Assembly: GCF_036321535.1 (NCBI RefSeq)
Contig: NC_087459.1
Coordinates: 27,342,001 to 27,406,000 of the forward strand
Origin: Camelus dromedarius
Taxonomy: Eukaryota
Direction: 5' to 3'
Length of the DNA stretch: 64,000 nt
Made by a program: the position numbers and the translations under genes. Of this stretch, positions 37,171 through 49,799 are shown piece by piece. The notes below the pieces were generated by a model. That model saw nothing but the letters and a program-made list of their open reading frames with translations. It searched no databases and was not told the DNA's origin. Position 1 is the stretch's first letter. Each line of letters opens with the position of its first letter.

Positions 37171-38152
37171 CTTTTTTTTTAAATTGATGTATAGTCAGTT
37201 TACACTGTTGTGTCAATTTCTGGTGTATGGCATGTTTCAGTCATACATATACATACACAAATTCCTTTTCATATTCTTTTTTACCATAAGTTACTACAAG
37301 ATATTGAATATAGTTCCCTGTGCCATACAGGAGAAACTTGTTTATTTTATATATAATAGTTAGTATCTGCCAATCTTGAACTCCCAATTTATCCCTTCCC
37401 ACCCTCTTTCCCCCACTCTGGTAACCATAAGTTTGTTTTCTATGTCTGTGAGTCGGTTTCTGTTTTGTAAACAAGTTCNNNNNNNNNNNNNNNNNNNNNN
37501 NNNNNNNNNNNNNNNNNNNNNNNNNNNNNNNNNNNNNNNNNNNNNNNNNNNNNNNNNNNNNNNNNNNNNNNNNNNNNNNNNNNNNNNNNNNNNNNNNNNN
37601 NNNNNNNNNNNNNNNNNNNNNNNNNNNNNNNNNNNNNNNNNNNNNNNNNNNNNNNNNNNNNNNNNNAGTGATCTGTTGAGGGACATTTAGGTTGTTTCCA
37701 TGTCTTGGCTACTGTAAATAGTGCTGCTGTGAACACTGGGGTGCACGTATCTTTTCAAATTAGCATTCCTTCTGGATATGTGCCCAGGAGTGGGATTGCT
37801 GGATCATATGGTAAGTCTATTTTTAGTTTTTGGAGGAATCTCCATACTGTTTCCCATAGCGGCTGCATCAAACTGCATTCCCACCAGCAGTGTAGGAGAG
37901 TTCCCTTTTCTCCACAGCCTCTCCAGCATTTATCATTTGTGGATTTTTGAATGATGGCCATTCTGACTGGTATGAAGTGATACCTCGTTGTAGTTCTAAT
38001 TTGCATTTCTCTGATAATTGGCCATATTGAGCATTTTCTTTTGTGCCTATTGGCCATCTGTATGTCTTCACTGGAGAATTGCTTGTTTAAGTCTTCTGCC
38101 CACTTTTGGATTAGGTTGGAGGTTTTTTTTTTTTTGTTATTTGTTGTATGAG
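37171..38152 (-). mobile_element. 5'-truncated young camelid L1 (N gap 37479-37666) inserted into a MIR
   Basis: Poly-T then antisense 3'UTR and ORF2 end. 19-bp TSD TACAAG(C/T)ATTATTTCTTTT at 37152-37170 and 38153-38171; MIR halves on both sides. Confidence 0.95.
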
Positions 38153-40769
38153 TACAAGTATTATTTCTTTTAGTTCCCCCAACAACCCTGTATACTAAGT
38201 GTTACTATTATTATCCTTATTTTACAGATAAGGAAGGAGGCCCAGAGAGGCTAAGTGCCTTTCCAGGGCCCCACTGCATTCGGCTGCCTTCCTCTCCTTC
38301 TGCTGAGTGATTTGTATAAATCCCCAGTGCTGGGTACCAAGCACCTGTGATTCAAATGCAGGGCCTGTTAGCTGCTCTTGGACTTCAATCCTCATTCCCT
38401 CTCCCTGTGTACTGCTGTATTATAGGCTTATCTGCTGTGGATATGCAAGGATGGGGCCTAAGAAATGACCCCTTAAGTAGTTGAAACATTTCTCCTGAAT
38501 ACAGTTTTCATCATTAACACACTCAACAGGCCTATATCTTTGAGGTACCTGGCATTGTCCCAAATTCTGAAACTGATGTTAAAATAAATATTGACTATAA
38601 CACACCAGATAGAGAGAAAATGATTGTAGCTTAGGTGGGAAGCTGTAATAAATGAATGAGATGTGCGAGCATAACCGAGAAAATCCCTCAGCCACTGGGG
38701 AATGACAGGAAGTAAAAGATAAGCAGAGAGTGCAGAAGGGAGACCCCAGAGTTAAGAAAGTGCTAGAAAAGAGACTGAACTGCTAAGTAGGGACCAAAAT
38801 TCCCAGCCCTCCTCACCTAGACCAGCCGCAGGTGTCTTGATATTCACAAGAGGCCCAAACAGGAGCCTGGGTGGTAATCTCCATAAATCTCCCTTTTGGG
38901 CACCAAGCAGGCAATGCCACCAAATCTGCACAAAGGCTTTGGTCTGGCCTCTGAACACCCGCTTGATAAAGACTTAGCTACTGAAGGGCCACATTGTCGA
39001 GCCTGCATTAAAGCTAACAGACATCTGTGAGTGGTCTGCCTGTTACAGGGTCCATAGGAGCAAGGAACTCACCTGCAAAGTGCCAGGCACCAGACCAGAT
39101 GCTCTGCTTACGTTGTCCTGTCTAATCCCCCCAGCTCACAGCTCTACAGACATGGATGCTGAGCTATGGAGAGGCTCTTGCCTTCCCAAGGTCCCACAGA
39201 TGTGACTACGACTGGCTGTCCGCCTGCAAATTCCCTGCTTTCCACACCCCACCTTCCCAGGGTAACTAGGGCACAGCCGGGTCTCAGATCACTGTCCATT
39301 GCCAGTCTGTCAGCCTTCCAGGAGTGAGGCCATGGGAGCCCCTCCATCAGCTGGGATGTGTCTGCCCCTGCTGGGACAGCTGGAGATGTCAGAGCCGCCT
39401 CTGGGGGCCCGCAGGAGCTGCAGCATAAATGAGTAATGAGAAGCCTGAAGTGCCACTTAGAGTCAGGAAAGGTCAAGGGCTCTGCTATCATCAGGCCCCT
39501 CTGGGACCAAGGGCATTCCAGGGTCATAGGAGCCCAGGAGTGCAGCCCTTGGCAACGCACCCTCCCAGTCAGGGAAAGGACTTCGGAGGAGGAAGGGCTA
39601 GCAGTCTGGGGTGCCCCTCTCACTCTGGCACTAAGTGTGCACGAGCCTGTGTACCTGAGCCCTGGTTTTATCATCCGCAGACCTCCAGATCTATAATTCT
39701 GTTTCCAGCCCTGCCTACCAGTGGCTCCCTTTGGGGCTTCAGTTGCTAAAGCATCCTGGAAATGTGCTTCCCTTCACAGGAAGGGAGACACGTAAAGGGG
39801 ATGAGCGGGCAGACAACTGTTTCAAATCGACAAAACCAGAAGTTCTCAGGCAATTCACACTTGTATCAAGTGTGGCGAGTGGAACAGGCCAAGTGCATCT
39901 GCGCCAGAAGCGGAGTCACCTCACCAAGCAGGTACATGGGGAGAGAGAGGGGGTTCTGTTGTCTACAGGCTCACGTGTAGGCAACAGAAAGCCAGACAGC
40001 CCACTGTGGGGGAACAGCAAAACACAGACTCACGAGGTAAGGTGGGGCTGAGTGCCTCTTGGCTTTCAGACCTTGGGCCAAGGCCGGCTGGAGTACCTGG
40101 TGAGGGTCGTGGGGAGTCAAGCCAGGGAGAGCGGGCCGAGTGATGGCTCCCATGGCCCCTCCAGCCGGTAGATTCTCTTATGCCCCTACTGTGAGTTTGA
40201 GGCCAGCAGCCCGGGAGTCTCCAGGGAGGAGCCAGTTTGGAAGCAGTGGGTGGTCAGGGGCTGCAGTGGGGAGCCAGGAGCCTGAACTGGGGCCTGGGTT
40301 CAAGAAGGAAGCAATGAGAGACAGGCTGCAGGGATGAAGGCGGGGCAGAGGAAGAGCTGACCCAGGGGACTGGGAGCACGTGGTGCTGTTAAGAGGAATC
40401 AGGAGGAATTAGGACAAGCGCCCTGCTTTCCTGGGCTTCGCGGGGAGGAGCGTGGACCTCACGCCGTTAAGTCCGCCCTGCTGGTTGGCCATGTTCTGAG
40501 GGTGGGCCACTGCAGCTTGGGCAGGTGGGGCACCGAGATACAGATTTAGGGGTCCCCTGGGAGTCAAGGGAGCCAGGAGGGCCATCTGGGAGGCTTGCTT
40601 GGTCCTCGGGATGAGAACCCAACTCAGGCCAGGTGAAGGCGGTAAAGCTCTCAGAGGTTGGGCCATTTGCTGGCTACGGGCTAAGGGGAACTTTCTGTTT
40701 TTAACCCCTGTGGGACGGTAAGTACAACTTTCAAACTGATCCTTTCCCTTCAACATTTATAAGGGACTC

Positions 40770-41390
40770 TTTTTTTTAAAAATTGAAGTAGAGTTGATTT
40801 ACAGTGCTGTGTTAGTTTCTGGTGTACAGCATAGTAATTCAGTTATATATTCTTTTTCATCATAGGTTATTACAAGATGTTGAATGCAGTCCCTTGTGCA
40901 AAACAGTAGGGCCTTGTTGTTTATCTGTTTTATTTATAGTAGTTTGTATCTGCTAATCCCAAATTCCTAATTTGTCTGCCTCCCCTTACTGCTTTGGTAA
41001 CCATAGTTTGTTTTCTATGTCTGTGAGTCTCTGTTTTGTAAATAAGTTCATTTGTATCATTTTTTAAGATTCCACACACAAGTGATATCATATGATATTT
41101 GTCTTTCTCTGTCTAACTTACTTCACTGAGCATGATAAACTCTATGATCCAGCAATCCCACTCCTGGGTATATATATCTGAAGAAAACTCTAATTCGAAA
41201 AGATATATGCACNNNNNNNNNNNNNNNNNNNNNNNNNNNNNNNNNNNNNNNNNNNNNNNNNNNNNNNNNNNNNNNNNNNNNNNNNNNNNNNNNNNNNNNN
41301 NNNNNNNNNNNNNNNNNNNNNNNNNNNNNNNNNNNNNNNNNNNNNNNNNNNNNNNNNNNNNNNNNNNNNNNNNNNNNNNNNNNNNNNNNN
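40770..41390 (-). mobile_element. Cetartiodactyl L1 3' end with 5' inversion (twin priming); N gap 41213-41390
   Basis: Antisense L1 from poly-T to ...catgataaactcTA, then sense L1 TAtgatccagcaatcccactcc. Confidence 0.85.
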
Positions 41391-41464
41391 ATGCATTCTT
41401 TTTAATAAGGTCATCGAAAAGCACTTTTCAAATGCTTCTAGTCCTCGGAGTATGACCTACGTCG

Positions 41465-41512
<48 letters not shown>
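41465..41512 (+). repeat. (TCA)16 microsatellite
   Basis: Perfect trinucleotide run read directly. Confidence 0.98.
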
Positions 41513-41670
41513 CCATCACCACCAACAAGCAGCACAGTAGCCAACGTTACTGACCAAGCCCCTGTTATGTAAGATACGACACCTGGTGTGGCAATGCCCA
41601 CCTCTGAATCTGAGAAATCAGAAGTTGAGAAGCAAGGCAGAGGGTGGAGGAAAACAGAGGCTGTTATTGC

Positions 41671-41838
41671 CAGCGTGGCTCTGCACCCCAGCTGCACAAT
41701 GCACAATTAAATCACCTGGGAAGCTGGGGCTCCCCCCAGGGATGCTGATATAACTGGCCTGGGGATAGAGCCTGGGCAGCAGCGTTTTAAAGCTCCCACA
41801 GGATGTGCTGATGTGCTGCCACGACTGGGCACAACTGA
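41671..41838. mobile_element. MER5A/B-like hAT MITE
   Basis: gctgcacaat...aatcacctgggaagct...ttttaaagctcccacagga...atgtgctgcc. Confidence 0.7.
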
Positions 41839-43064
41839 ACCAACCAATCACCATAGCTGGGGCTCAGGAAGCCCCAGCCCTGTCCTGGCTGAAGCCGAGG
41901 GGTGTGGGAGACTAGGAGGTGGGGCATTTCCCTTAGCACTTCCTCTACACTGGGAATTTCCCAGCTTCCACCTGGAATTTTCCACCCCTTTGCCAAGGCT
42001 CAGTGTAAGCCAGGACCTCTGAATCCTTTGCCCTTGGTAGATTTCTTTTCCCTCTTTACATTGCCATTCCGTCCCCCCACCCCTGCCATATTCAACATGG
42101 GCGTCCCTTTCCACATATTTGAAATCACAGGGGAAAGGCACCCCAAGCATGGCTGAGTGATATGAAAATGCCCAGCACACCCCCAGAACCCGTATCTATT
42201 CTGCAAGAAAGACCCCGCCGAGGAAGAAGAGTGGCCTGCTCTCAGGAGGCCGCTTTTAGCTGGCGGGTTCTGGGCAGCAAAGATCTGCTGGATTTCTAAA
42301 TCCTCTCTGGATGGCTGTGGGTGGCTGGCAGGGGTAAGGGGCCTGTGAGAGGCACAGAGACAGATGGGAGCCCCTCAGCCAAGTCCCTGAGTCAGCAGAC
42401 GGCCTGGAAACCTCGTTGCTCTGCTCCTGCCTGCCTGGCTCCTCCCTGGAGGCAGGAATTTGGGGCTCCCTCAAATGGCCCAGCCCAGAAGCTGGCAGCC
42501 TCTCACCTAGAGGGGTTTTTCCACTGCCCCTCCCTGGGAGGACCAGTCCAGGAATCTGTCTCTGCCCAGTTATCTAATAAGCAAAGACCTGTCCCGGAAG
42601 CATGGACCACGGCAGGAGGTATCAGCTCAGAGACGTATGTAGTGACCAAGTGCTGGCATTTCCACGCTGGAGAAGGCAGCCGCCGGGCTAATTCCATGTT
42701 ATTACAGCCTTACAGGAAGCCAGCCTGGCCCAGCTGTCAGCCAGCAGCAGTTTACGGGCCTTGGGGGCATGGGGAGGGAGAGGAGAGGAGAGAAAGGAAA
42801 ACACAGCCCTCTTCCCCCAAAAAAATTGATCCGGAGCTATTTTTAGGTGCTTATTCATCCCACACATTCCTTTTTAAAAGCCAGGACATGGGCTCTGTAC
42901 AAAAGCTATTTAGCAGAAGGCGGCTGGCACAGGCGAGGGGGTGGGGACACCTGTGAGCTCAGGGCCTGTGTGACAAGAAGGGGCGGTAAGAGGGTCTTCA
43001 AGGACCCCCTACACAGTTAAAATGCCCCAGGATTCTTAAGGCAGAGTAGGGAGGCTGGATGAAG

Positions 43065-43260
43065 AGAAGCTTTTAAATCTGAATTCCCAGGTTCAAGTCT
43101 GACCTCCAGCTTTCTCTTGTCACATGGTCTTAGGCAAGTCACTCAACCTCTCTGTGCCTCAATTTCCCCAACTACGAAACGAGGCTAGTTAATGTAGGTA
43201 AAACACAGAAAACTGCCTGGTATGCCTAGTGTTATGTAGGAGTTAGCCATCATTTCTATT
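43065..43260 (+). mobile_element. MIR SINE
   Basis: ggttcaagtc...cttaggcaagtcactcaacctctctgtgcctcaatttcc. Confidence 0.9.
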
Positions 43261-43594
43261 ATAGCACCATACATCTGTTCATTATTGCTGTCAGTAATAA
43301 TAATCATTAAAATAGTACATTGGAGTGGGATGGAGTATGTAGCCACAGAAGGACTAAAGTGAAAAAGGTAAAGTTACAGAAAGTTGTAGTCACGACCCAA
43401 CGCCTGCCAAGGATGGGTGTGGAAGAGGCTTTGCCTCCATTAAGGCGTCATTGGCAATACTGAGTTTCTCCTCCTGTAGGTAGGGTGATACCAACTCTTG
43501 AGGGGCTGGAGGGGTTCATGCAAATGGATACCCACAGCACAGCTCCCAGGGGGTGCTCGGTAATGCTAGTTGACTCCAATATCACCTATCCTGC

Positions 43595-44030
43595 TGTGAT
43601 AGCTAATTCTTTGTATCAACTTGACCCTGTGTGTCACAGGGTGCCCAGGTATCTGGCTAACTACTATTTCTGGGTGTGCTGGTGAAGGTGCTTCTGGAAG
43701 AGATTAACATTTGAATCAGTGGACTGAGTACAGCAGGTGGCCCTCCCCCATGTGGGTGGGCACCATCCAAGGCTGAGGGCTTGAATGGAACAAAAAGGCA
43801 GAGGAAGGGAGATTTCTGTTCCTTTTCTGCCTGATTAGCTGGGCCATCGGCCTGGTACTTATACCACTGGCTCCCCTGGTTCTCAGACCTTTGGACTTGA
43901 ACTGGATTACACCGGTGGCTTTCCTGGGGTCTTTAGCTTGCAGGTGGCAGTGTGAGCCAATACCCTAATCAATCAATCAATCAATCTGTGTATGTGTGTA
44001 TGTATGTGTGTCTGTTCTGTTTCTCTGGCT
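43595..44030 (+). mobile_element. MLT2-like ERVL solo LTR
   Basis: tgtgatagctaattctttgtatcaacttgac...gagattaacatttgaatcagtggactgagta...tctgttctgtttctctgg. Confidence 0.9.
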
Positions 44031-45186
44031 GCCCACTCAATCAGACCCCCATCTGGCCTCTCTCTGACAGCCGTCACTCTTATTTGCACCAGCCACCCTT
44101 CACCCACCCCGTCCCCAACACCCGCCTGCCTCCCTGGCTGTTCCTGCTGCCCTTGACACCCCCTACACATTAACCCTGCCCTTACTGATGTCTCCCTTCT
44201 AGTTCTGTCCAGTAAACCTCTATTGAGTGTCTACTGTCTGCAAAGCACTGGGCTTTAATGCCTTGACTACTGAGACAAAGCCAGGGTCTCAGCCTGCAGA
44301 TGGTTTCAAGCCAATGTGGGGGTTACCTGCATAAGAAGAAGGGCAGGTGCCCAGGGAGCACCAAGCAGGGGCTGGAGGCTGGTGGGGGAAGGAGCAGGAG
44401 GCCAGGGACATCTCCCTGCAGGAAGTGACAGACAAAGGTGTTCCAAGCAGGAGTGTGCATGCGCAGGGGTGGGAGATTCAGCAGGGACCCTGCAGGGGAG
44501 GCGCCAGGAGAGGAGCCGAATTCCTGCCACCCTCGCTTTGGCCCCTGGTCACAGTGTCCTGCGGCTCACTCTTTCCATGCCTGTTCACCTCCCTCAGGGC
44601 TGCTCTGTCCTCCCTGGAGTCCTCCTAGGCCAACGGGGGAGTGGTCTCCTCACCTCCGGATTCCCCAGCTACCACCTCAGGGATCATTCAGAAACAGGCA
44701 GGTCACCCCCTCCTTAAAAATCCCAAGAGCTCCCCACCCTTGGCTTTCAAGAGGGAATCCCAAAGGCCTTCCTCTGGCTCACCATCCCCACCAACCTCAT
44801 TCCACTCACTCCTGCCACGGGGCCTTTGCATGAGCCAGCCCCCTCCCTACAAGGCCACCTCCGTTCCTGTCTTTGTTTCACCTATTCTGTGAAGTCTTCC
44901 CAGGCAGGGATAGTCACCACACAGCACTTTTTGTCCATCTCTAGCTCTGTGGGATTACTTGGGCTGGCTGGCCCTTTGAGGACAGGAACCCAGCCTCATT
45001 CCAAGTCTAGCTCAGGGCAAGTGGCTCTTCCAAACTTCAGGCGAGACCTTGAAGCATATGTGCAGGAAGGATTCTGCCATTACTAAATATACTGACATCA
45101 CTGGGGGTGACAGTCTCTTTTATAAATGATGATAATATGAAGACAAAGCTTGATTCATGTTCTAGAGAAAATACTGGTAAATAACA

Positions 45187-45196
45187 TGTGTGTGTG

Positions 45197-45237
<41 letters not shown>

Positions 45238-45276
45238 GTATATGTATATATGTGTGTGTATATATATATATATATG
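45187..45276 (+). repeat. Compound (TG)n/(TA)n microsatellite, including (TA)17
   Basis: Read directly. Confidence 0.95.
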
Positions 45277-45504
45277 TCAATTGCATTCACTGGAATACAT
45301 GAGTAATAAAGATCTGGGAAGAAACAAAATGTGACCTCATTAGGCTGAGGACCTCCTGCTCCTCCTATGGGTTGGGGTCACCTCTGCTCTGAGAATCCCA
45401 CGGGCAACCAAACACTCGATAAGGCTGTTGCCCACAACTGTCAGACCCCCTACACACACACACATCAAGCCTTCCAAACACGCTAGCAGTGCAATCTAAG
45501 GCGC

Positions 45505-45985
45505 ATACTCTCTGTAAGCCACAGTTTCTCTGTCTACAAAATGGGTATAAAAATCATTGCTCTTAAAAGAGGTTGCTATGAGGATCAAGTGAAAAATAAC
45601 ACATGTGAAAGTACTTGGGAAACTATGCATGCCCATAAAATTTTCCGAGCTCCAAAAAAGTCCCTTTCTTGCTAAGTTTATGAATAAATCATAAAATCTG
45701 TCCTTGTGGGGATAACAGGTTTTATTACCTAGAGTCTCTTGCCAGTTCTCGCCCCATCAACCTCGCTGCTCCTCCCTTTGCCTGACTCCTAGGATCTGAC
45801 TCAACTAGTGTGCTGGTAAGAGCGAGGATTCTGACTCTATCATGCAGAATTGCATGACCTTGACCGGGGCCCTTACTTCCTCTGAGCCTGTTTTCCAGAG
45901 ATGAGATGGGGTGGGAGAGGTCATTTGATGAGATGATTGATATCCAGTGCATGGGATGTGTGCTCAGTGTTCATGAGCCCCTGGG
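45505..45985 (+). mobile_element. Two MIR fragments (about 45505-45640 and 45810-45985)
   Basis: cagtttctctgtctacaaaatgggtataa; tgcatgaccttgacc...acttcctctgagcctgttttcc. Confidence 0.7.
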
Positions 45986-47096
45986 CCACTTCTGAGGGTT
46001 CCTGACAGCCAGGGCTCAGGGACCAAACCAGACAAGCAGACCTCTGTCTCCCAGTGGGGCCAAAATGGGACCAAGGTGACACTGGCACCATTCCCAGTCA
46101 GATCTGGTGTTACAGACAGTCTCCGCACCCCACCCCCAAACTCCTGCAGGAAGAGGTGTGCAGGCCACCACTCTCTCATTTTTCCCAGGAGAGGCGGTGG
46201 AGGGGAGTATCTAGAACCTTTTCTCTCTTCTCCCTTCACACATGAAACCCCAGAAGTTTCCCCTCATGGTGCTTCAAGCTGCTTGACTTACTATGTACCA
46301 GGTCAATTCTTTGTTCTACGTTTTCAAATCCATTTTTATCCTTAAAGCTGGAGACACCTCCTTAAAAGACAAGCTCTCCACTGGTATTTCTTGCGGTGTT
46401 TTTAAAAAGCCTAGAGTTGGTACCAAAAGCGTGGGAAGGGAGGTAGGACTCTTGGGACTTGTTCTTGGAACACTGAGCAGATTGATGAGGCCAGGCCCTT
46501 TCTCTCTCTCTCGTTCACAGTTGAATCCCAGCCTCCAGAATGGTACTTGACACAGAGCGGGCTCTCAGTAAATACTAGTTGGATGGAGGCATGAAGGCAC
46601 GCAAGAAATCAGTTAACCGATGTGCCAGGCTCTGTTCTGCGTGCCGGGCACACACGGGACTCTGCGGTCCCTCCCACCGATCAGTGCCTTTGACTTTAGC
46701 AAAGGACTTCATACCCAGATCTCATGTCTCAATACCCTGGGAAGCAGCAGTGCAGCTGCCTTTTACAGATGAGCTAAACAAGACACAGAGAAACTAAGGA
46801 CTCGTCTAAGAATCAGAACTCATGTGTCTTGTTGGATTCATGCACCAACATCATGGCTGCAGATTCTTTCCATTGCTTCTTGCCGTCCTGTTGTAGTCAA
46901 GGAAAATCTTGATCTTCCAATGGTCTGGAGTTCATCTGTCCATTCACCCACCCAACTGGGCCAGCCTTCACTTGGTACCGTCAGGTACCAGGTCTGTGCT
47001 TGGCTCCAGGGGCAGGTCAATGTAAAAATGGAGCAAGATCGGGACTCAGGGACTGTTCTTTCTAACAATGAAGGAAATAAGACATCTCCACGGCCA

Positions 47097-47695
47097 CCAT
47101 CGAAAAGTTTGGTGGCTCCTCAAAGAGTTAAACACAGACTCGCCATAGGACCCAGCAGTTCCACTCCTGGGTATATACCCAACAGGATTAAAAACAGAGA
47201 CTCAGATAGGTGTACACCAATACTCACAACAAAATCATGCACAATAGCCAAAAGATGGAAACAACCCAAGTGCCCATCAACAGATGAATGGATAAATAAA
47301 ATTTAGTATATCCATACAAGGGAATATTCTTCAGCTGTAAGAGGAAGTGAAGTTCTGATTTATGTTACAACGTGGATGAATCTTACAAACTTAGGCTACG
47401 TAAAATAAGCCAGACAAAAAAGGACCAATATTTTAGGATTCCACTTATATGAAATATCTGGATTATGCAAATTCACAGAGACAGAAAATAGAGTAGCTGT
47501 TACAGAGTCAGTGGGGAAAAGGGAGCTACTGAGTAATGGGTAGACCTTCTATTTGGACTGATGAAAAATTTTGGACGTTGTGATGATCACTGCACACTGT
47601 GATGAATATGACTAATGCCACTGAACTGAATGCTTAAAATGGTTCAAATGGAAAATTTTATGTTATATATAGCACTACAATTTTTTTCTAAAAAA
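47097..47695 (+). mobile_element. L1MB-like 3' end
   Basis: gacccagcagttccactcctgggtatataccc...caacagatgaatggataaataaaat...cttaaaatggttcaaatggaaaattttatgttat. Confidence 0.9.
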
Positions 47696-49799
47696 GGGGA
47701 AAACACACCAAAAAAACATGATTGCAGTAGTATAGGAGTAAACATATGGGTCAGTGAAAAAGAACAGCAAGTGTTAAGACTAAGCAGACTATTCAGGTGG
47801 TACCAATACAAGGGGAAAAGTTCCCCACCACGGAGGAGGGAGGCAAATGTAAAGAGCAAAACTACAAACTTAGAATAAAATACAGAAAAATGTGTGTATA
47901 CCTTTAGCAAAGAGAAGACCTTCTTATGTAAGACCCGAAATGATGGCCTCATACAAGAAAATATTTTTCCTGTGGAACTGGGAAATCTGGTGGGATCTAA
48001 TAAAATTTCAAATACACATAGCTTCTAACTCCTTGGCATCTGTCCTAGAGAAACGCTCCCAGGAGCCGTGTTCCAGGGCATTCCCTGAAGTATCGTTCCT
48101 AAGGAAATAGGGAAAATGGAAATGTTCCCACGATAGCAGAAAGTAGAAAAAAACTAGGGCACTTTAATTCTAAGGAATACTACGCAGTAGCTAAAAAGAA
48201 TGAGGTTGATCTAAAAATGCTAAAAGGAAAAAAAATCTCAGGGAGAAAAAAAAGATACCCTGATCACTCCAAATGGAATCTGCTTCCTAGCTTACCAGCT
48301 TCTTCCTCATTTTCAAAGGATTTTGCAGGTGGACTACAGCTCCACAATGACACTATGTGATGCTCTTTAAAGAGACACCAGACTTGTGGTTAGACTTTGG
48401 AAGGTCCTACTCCAGCAGCTGAACTCCGAGGGTAGGAAAGTCAGAAAGGGGGCAGCTGGCTTGGGTACTGGTATTCATGCATGCAATGGGGGCCAAGGGA
48501 GGGAGGAAGGCAGGGAAAAAACTATAAAAACAGCAGGAAGCAAACTAAGGCAGGCAGGGGTGAAGGCCAAAGGGGCCATACCAAGTGAGGCAAAATTCCA
48601 ACCACTAGCCTGTCATTTACGGGTGGAGACACATCAAGTGATATCAGCGTGTCCTTACAGGCTGCTTGAGGTCATCTTGTCTCCTCCTACTCTGGCCAGT
48701 CCCAGGGTTGAAACCATAGATCATTTATAGAGCATCCTGTGTTCTGGCAAACGAGGGCAGTCTTGAAAATGGTTTTCACCCCAAATTCTGAAGCCTATAA
48801 AAATGCTTGGCTTTGGTCTCCCTGGGTATCCTGGTGTTCCCAGTGCTGGTGCCCACCCCACTCCACTTTTTCCAGCTCCTTCCATCTCAGGAATTTTCTG
48901 AGCATCCTTTACCATATTTCATCTGCACCATGACTGTGATTAGCAAGGAGAGCAATGCACCCAAGGTCACGCAACTGATGAGGATCAAGGCGAGGATGCG
49001 CATCAGAATCTGGGTCTGTTTCCATCTGAAACTCATGCTCTTCCCGTCAGCTGATGCTGCCGAGGAACACTGAGTAACCCTTACATGCAAGCATCTCTGT
49101 TACATGCTCCAGGGGATGCAGAATAAGTCAAGTCCTGATCTCAAGGCAGCCTAAGAACACTGGTGAAGAGTATAAGCCACAAGACGTGGTAAAACAACAA
49201 CAATGCCATGTTTGACCAGTAAGCAAAGCATCACCAGAATGTTACAGAGGTCAAGGACAGGGAAAGAACACAACAGGTCGAGAAAGACCGTGAAGGCAAA
49301 GAATGTTTGGGCGCGTCCAGAAAATAGCAAAACCAACATGTGGTTCGCTGGTCTCCTTCCAACCCTTTCTGCTATCCTTCATGCCATGACCGAAAAGAAA
49401 AAAAAAAAAAAAACCCAACCATACCACCAAACCACTACAAAGAACTCCCTGTGTTGTCAAAGCTTTCTCAGCACCTCTCTCCATCTCCTTGTTTATTATT
49501 ATAGCTAATGGGGAAAGTGTCAAGAAGAGAAAAGACCAAGGACACAGCATCGGGGAACATCTCCATCTAGGATGGGACGAGCGGCCACTCCAGGAGCCCA
49601 AGAAAGTGTAGACAGTGTGGTTGGAGAAGATGAGGACCGGGGGTTGCCCTAGAAGGAGGATCTCCTGCAGGGAGATCCCTGAGGATAGGAACCAGCCGGG
49701 GGGGGGGGGGGGGGAGGTAAGGCACTAAAGGTGCTCACGAGGTCTCTGATGCCATTCAAGCAGCAGCCACAGTGGAGTTACTCAGGCTTAAGTCAGACC

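Noticed and set aside
41428-41706. ORF with a poly-Asp tract
   Set aside because: Translation of the (TCA)n microsatellite.
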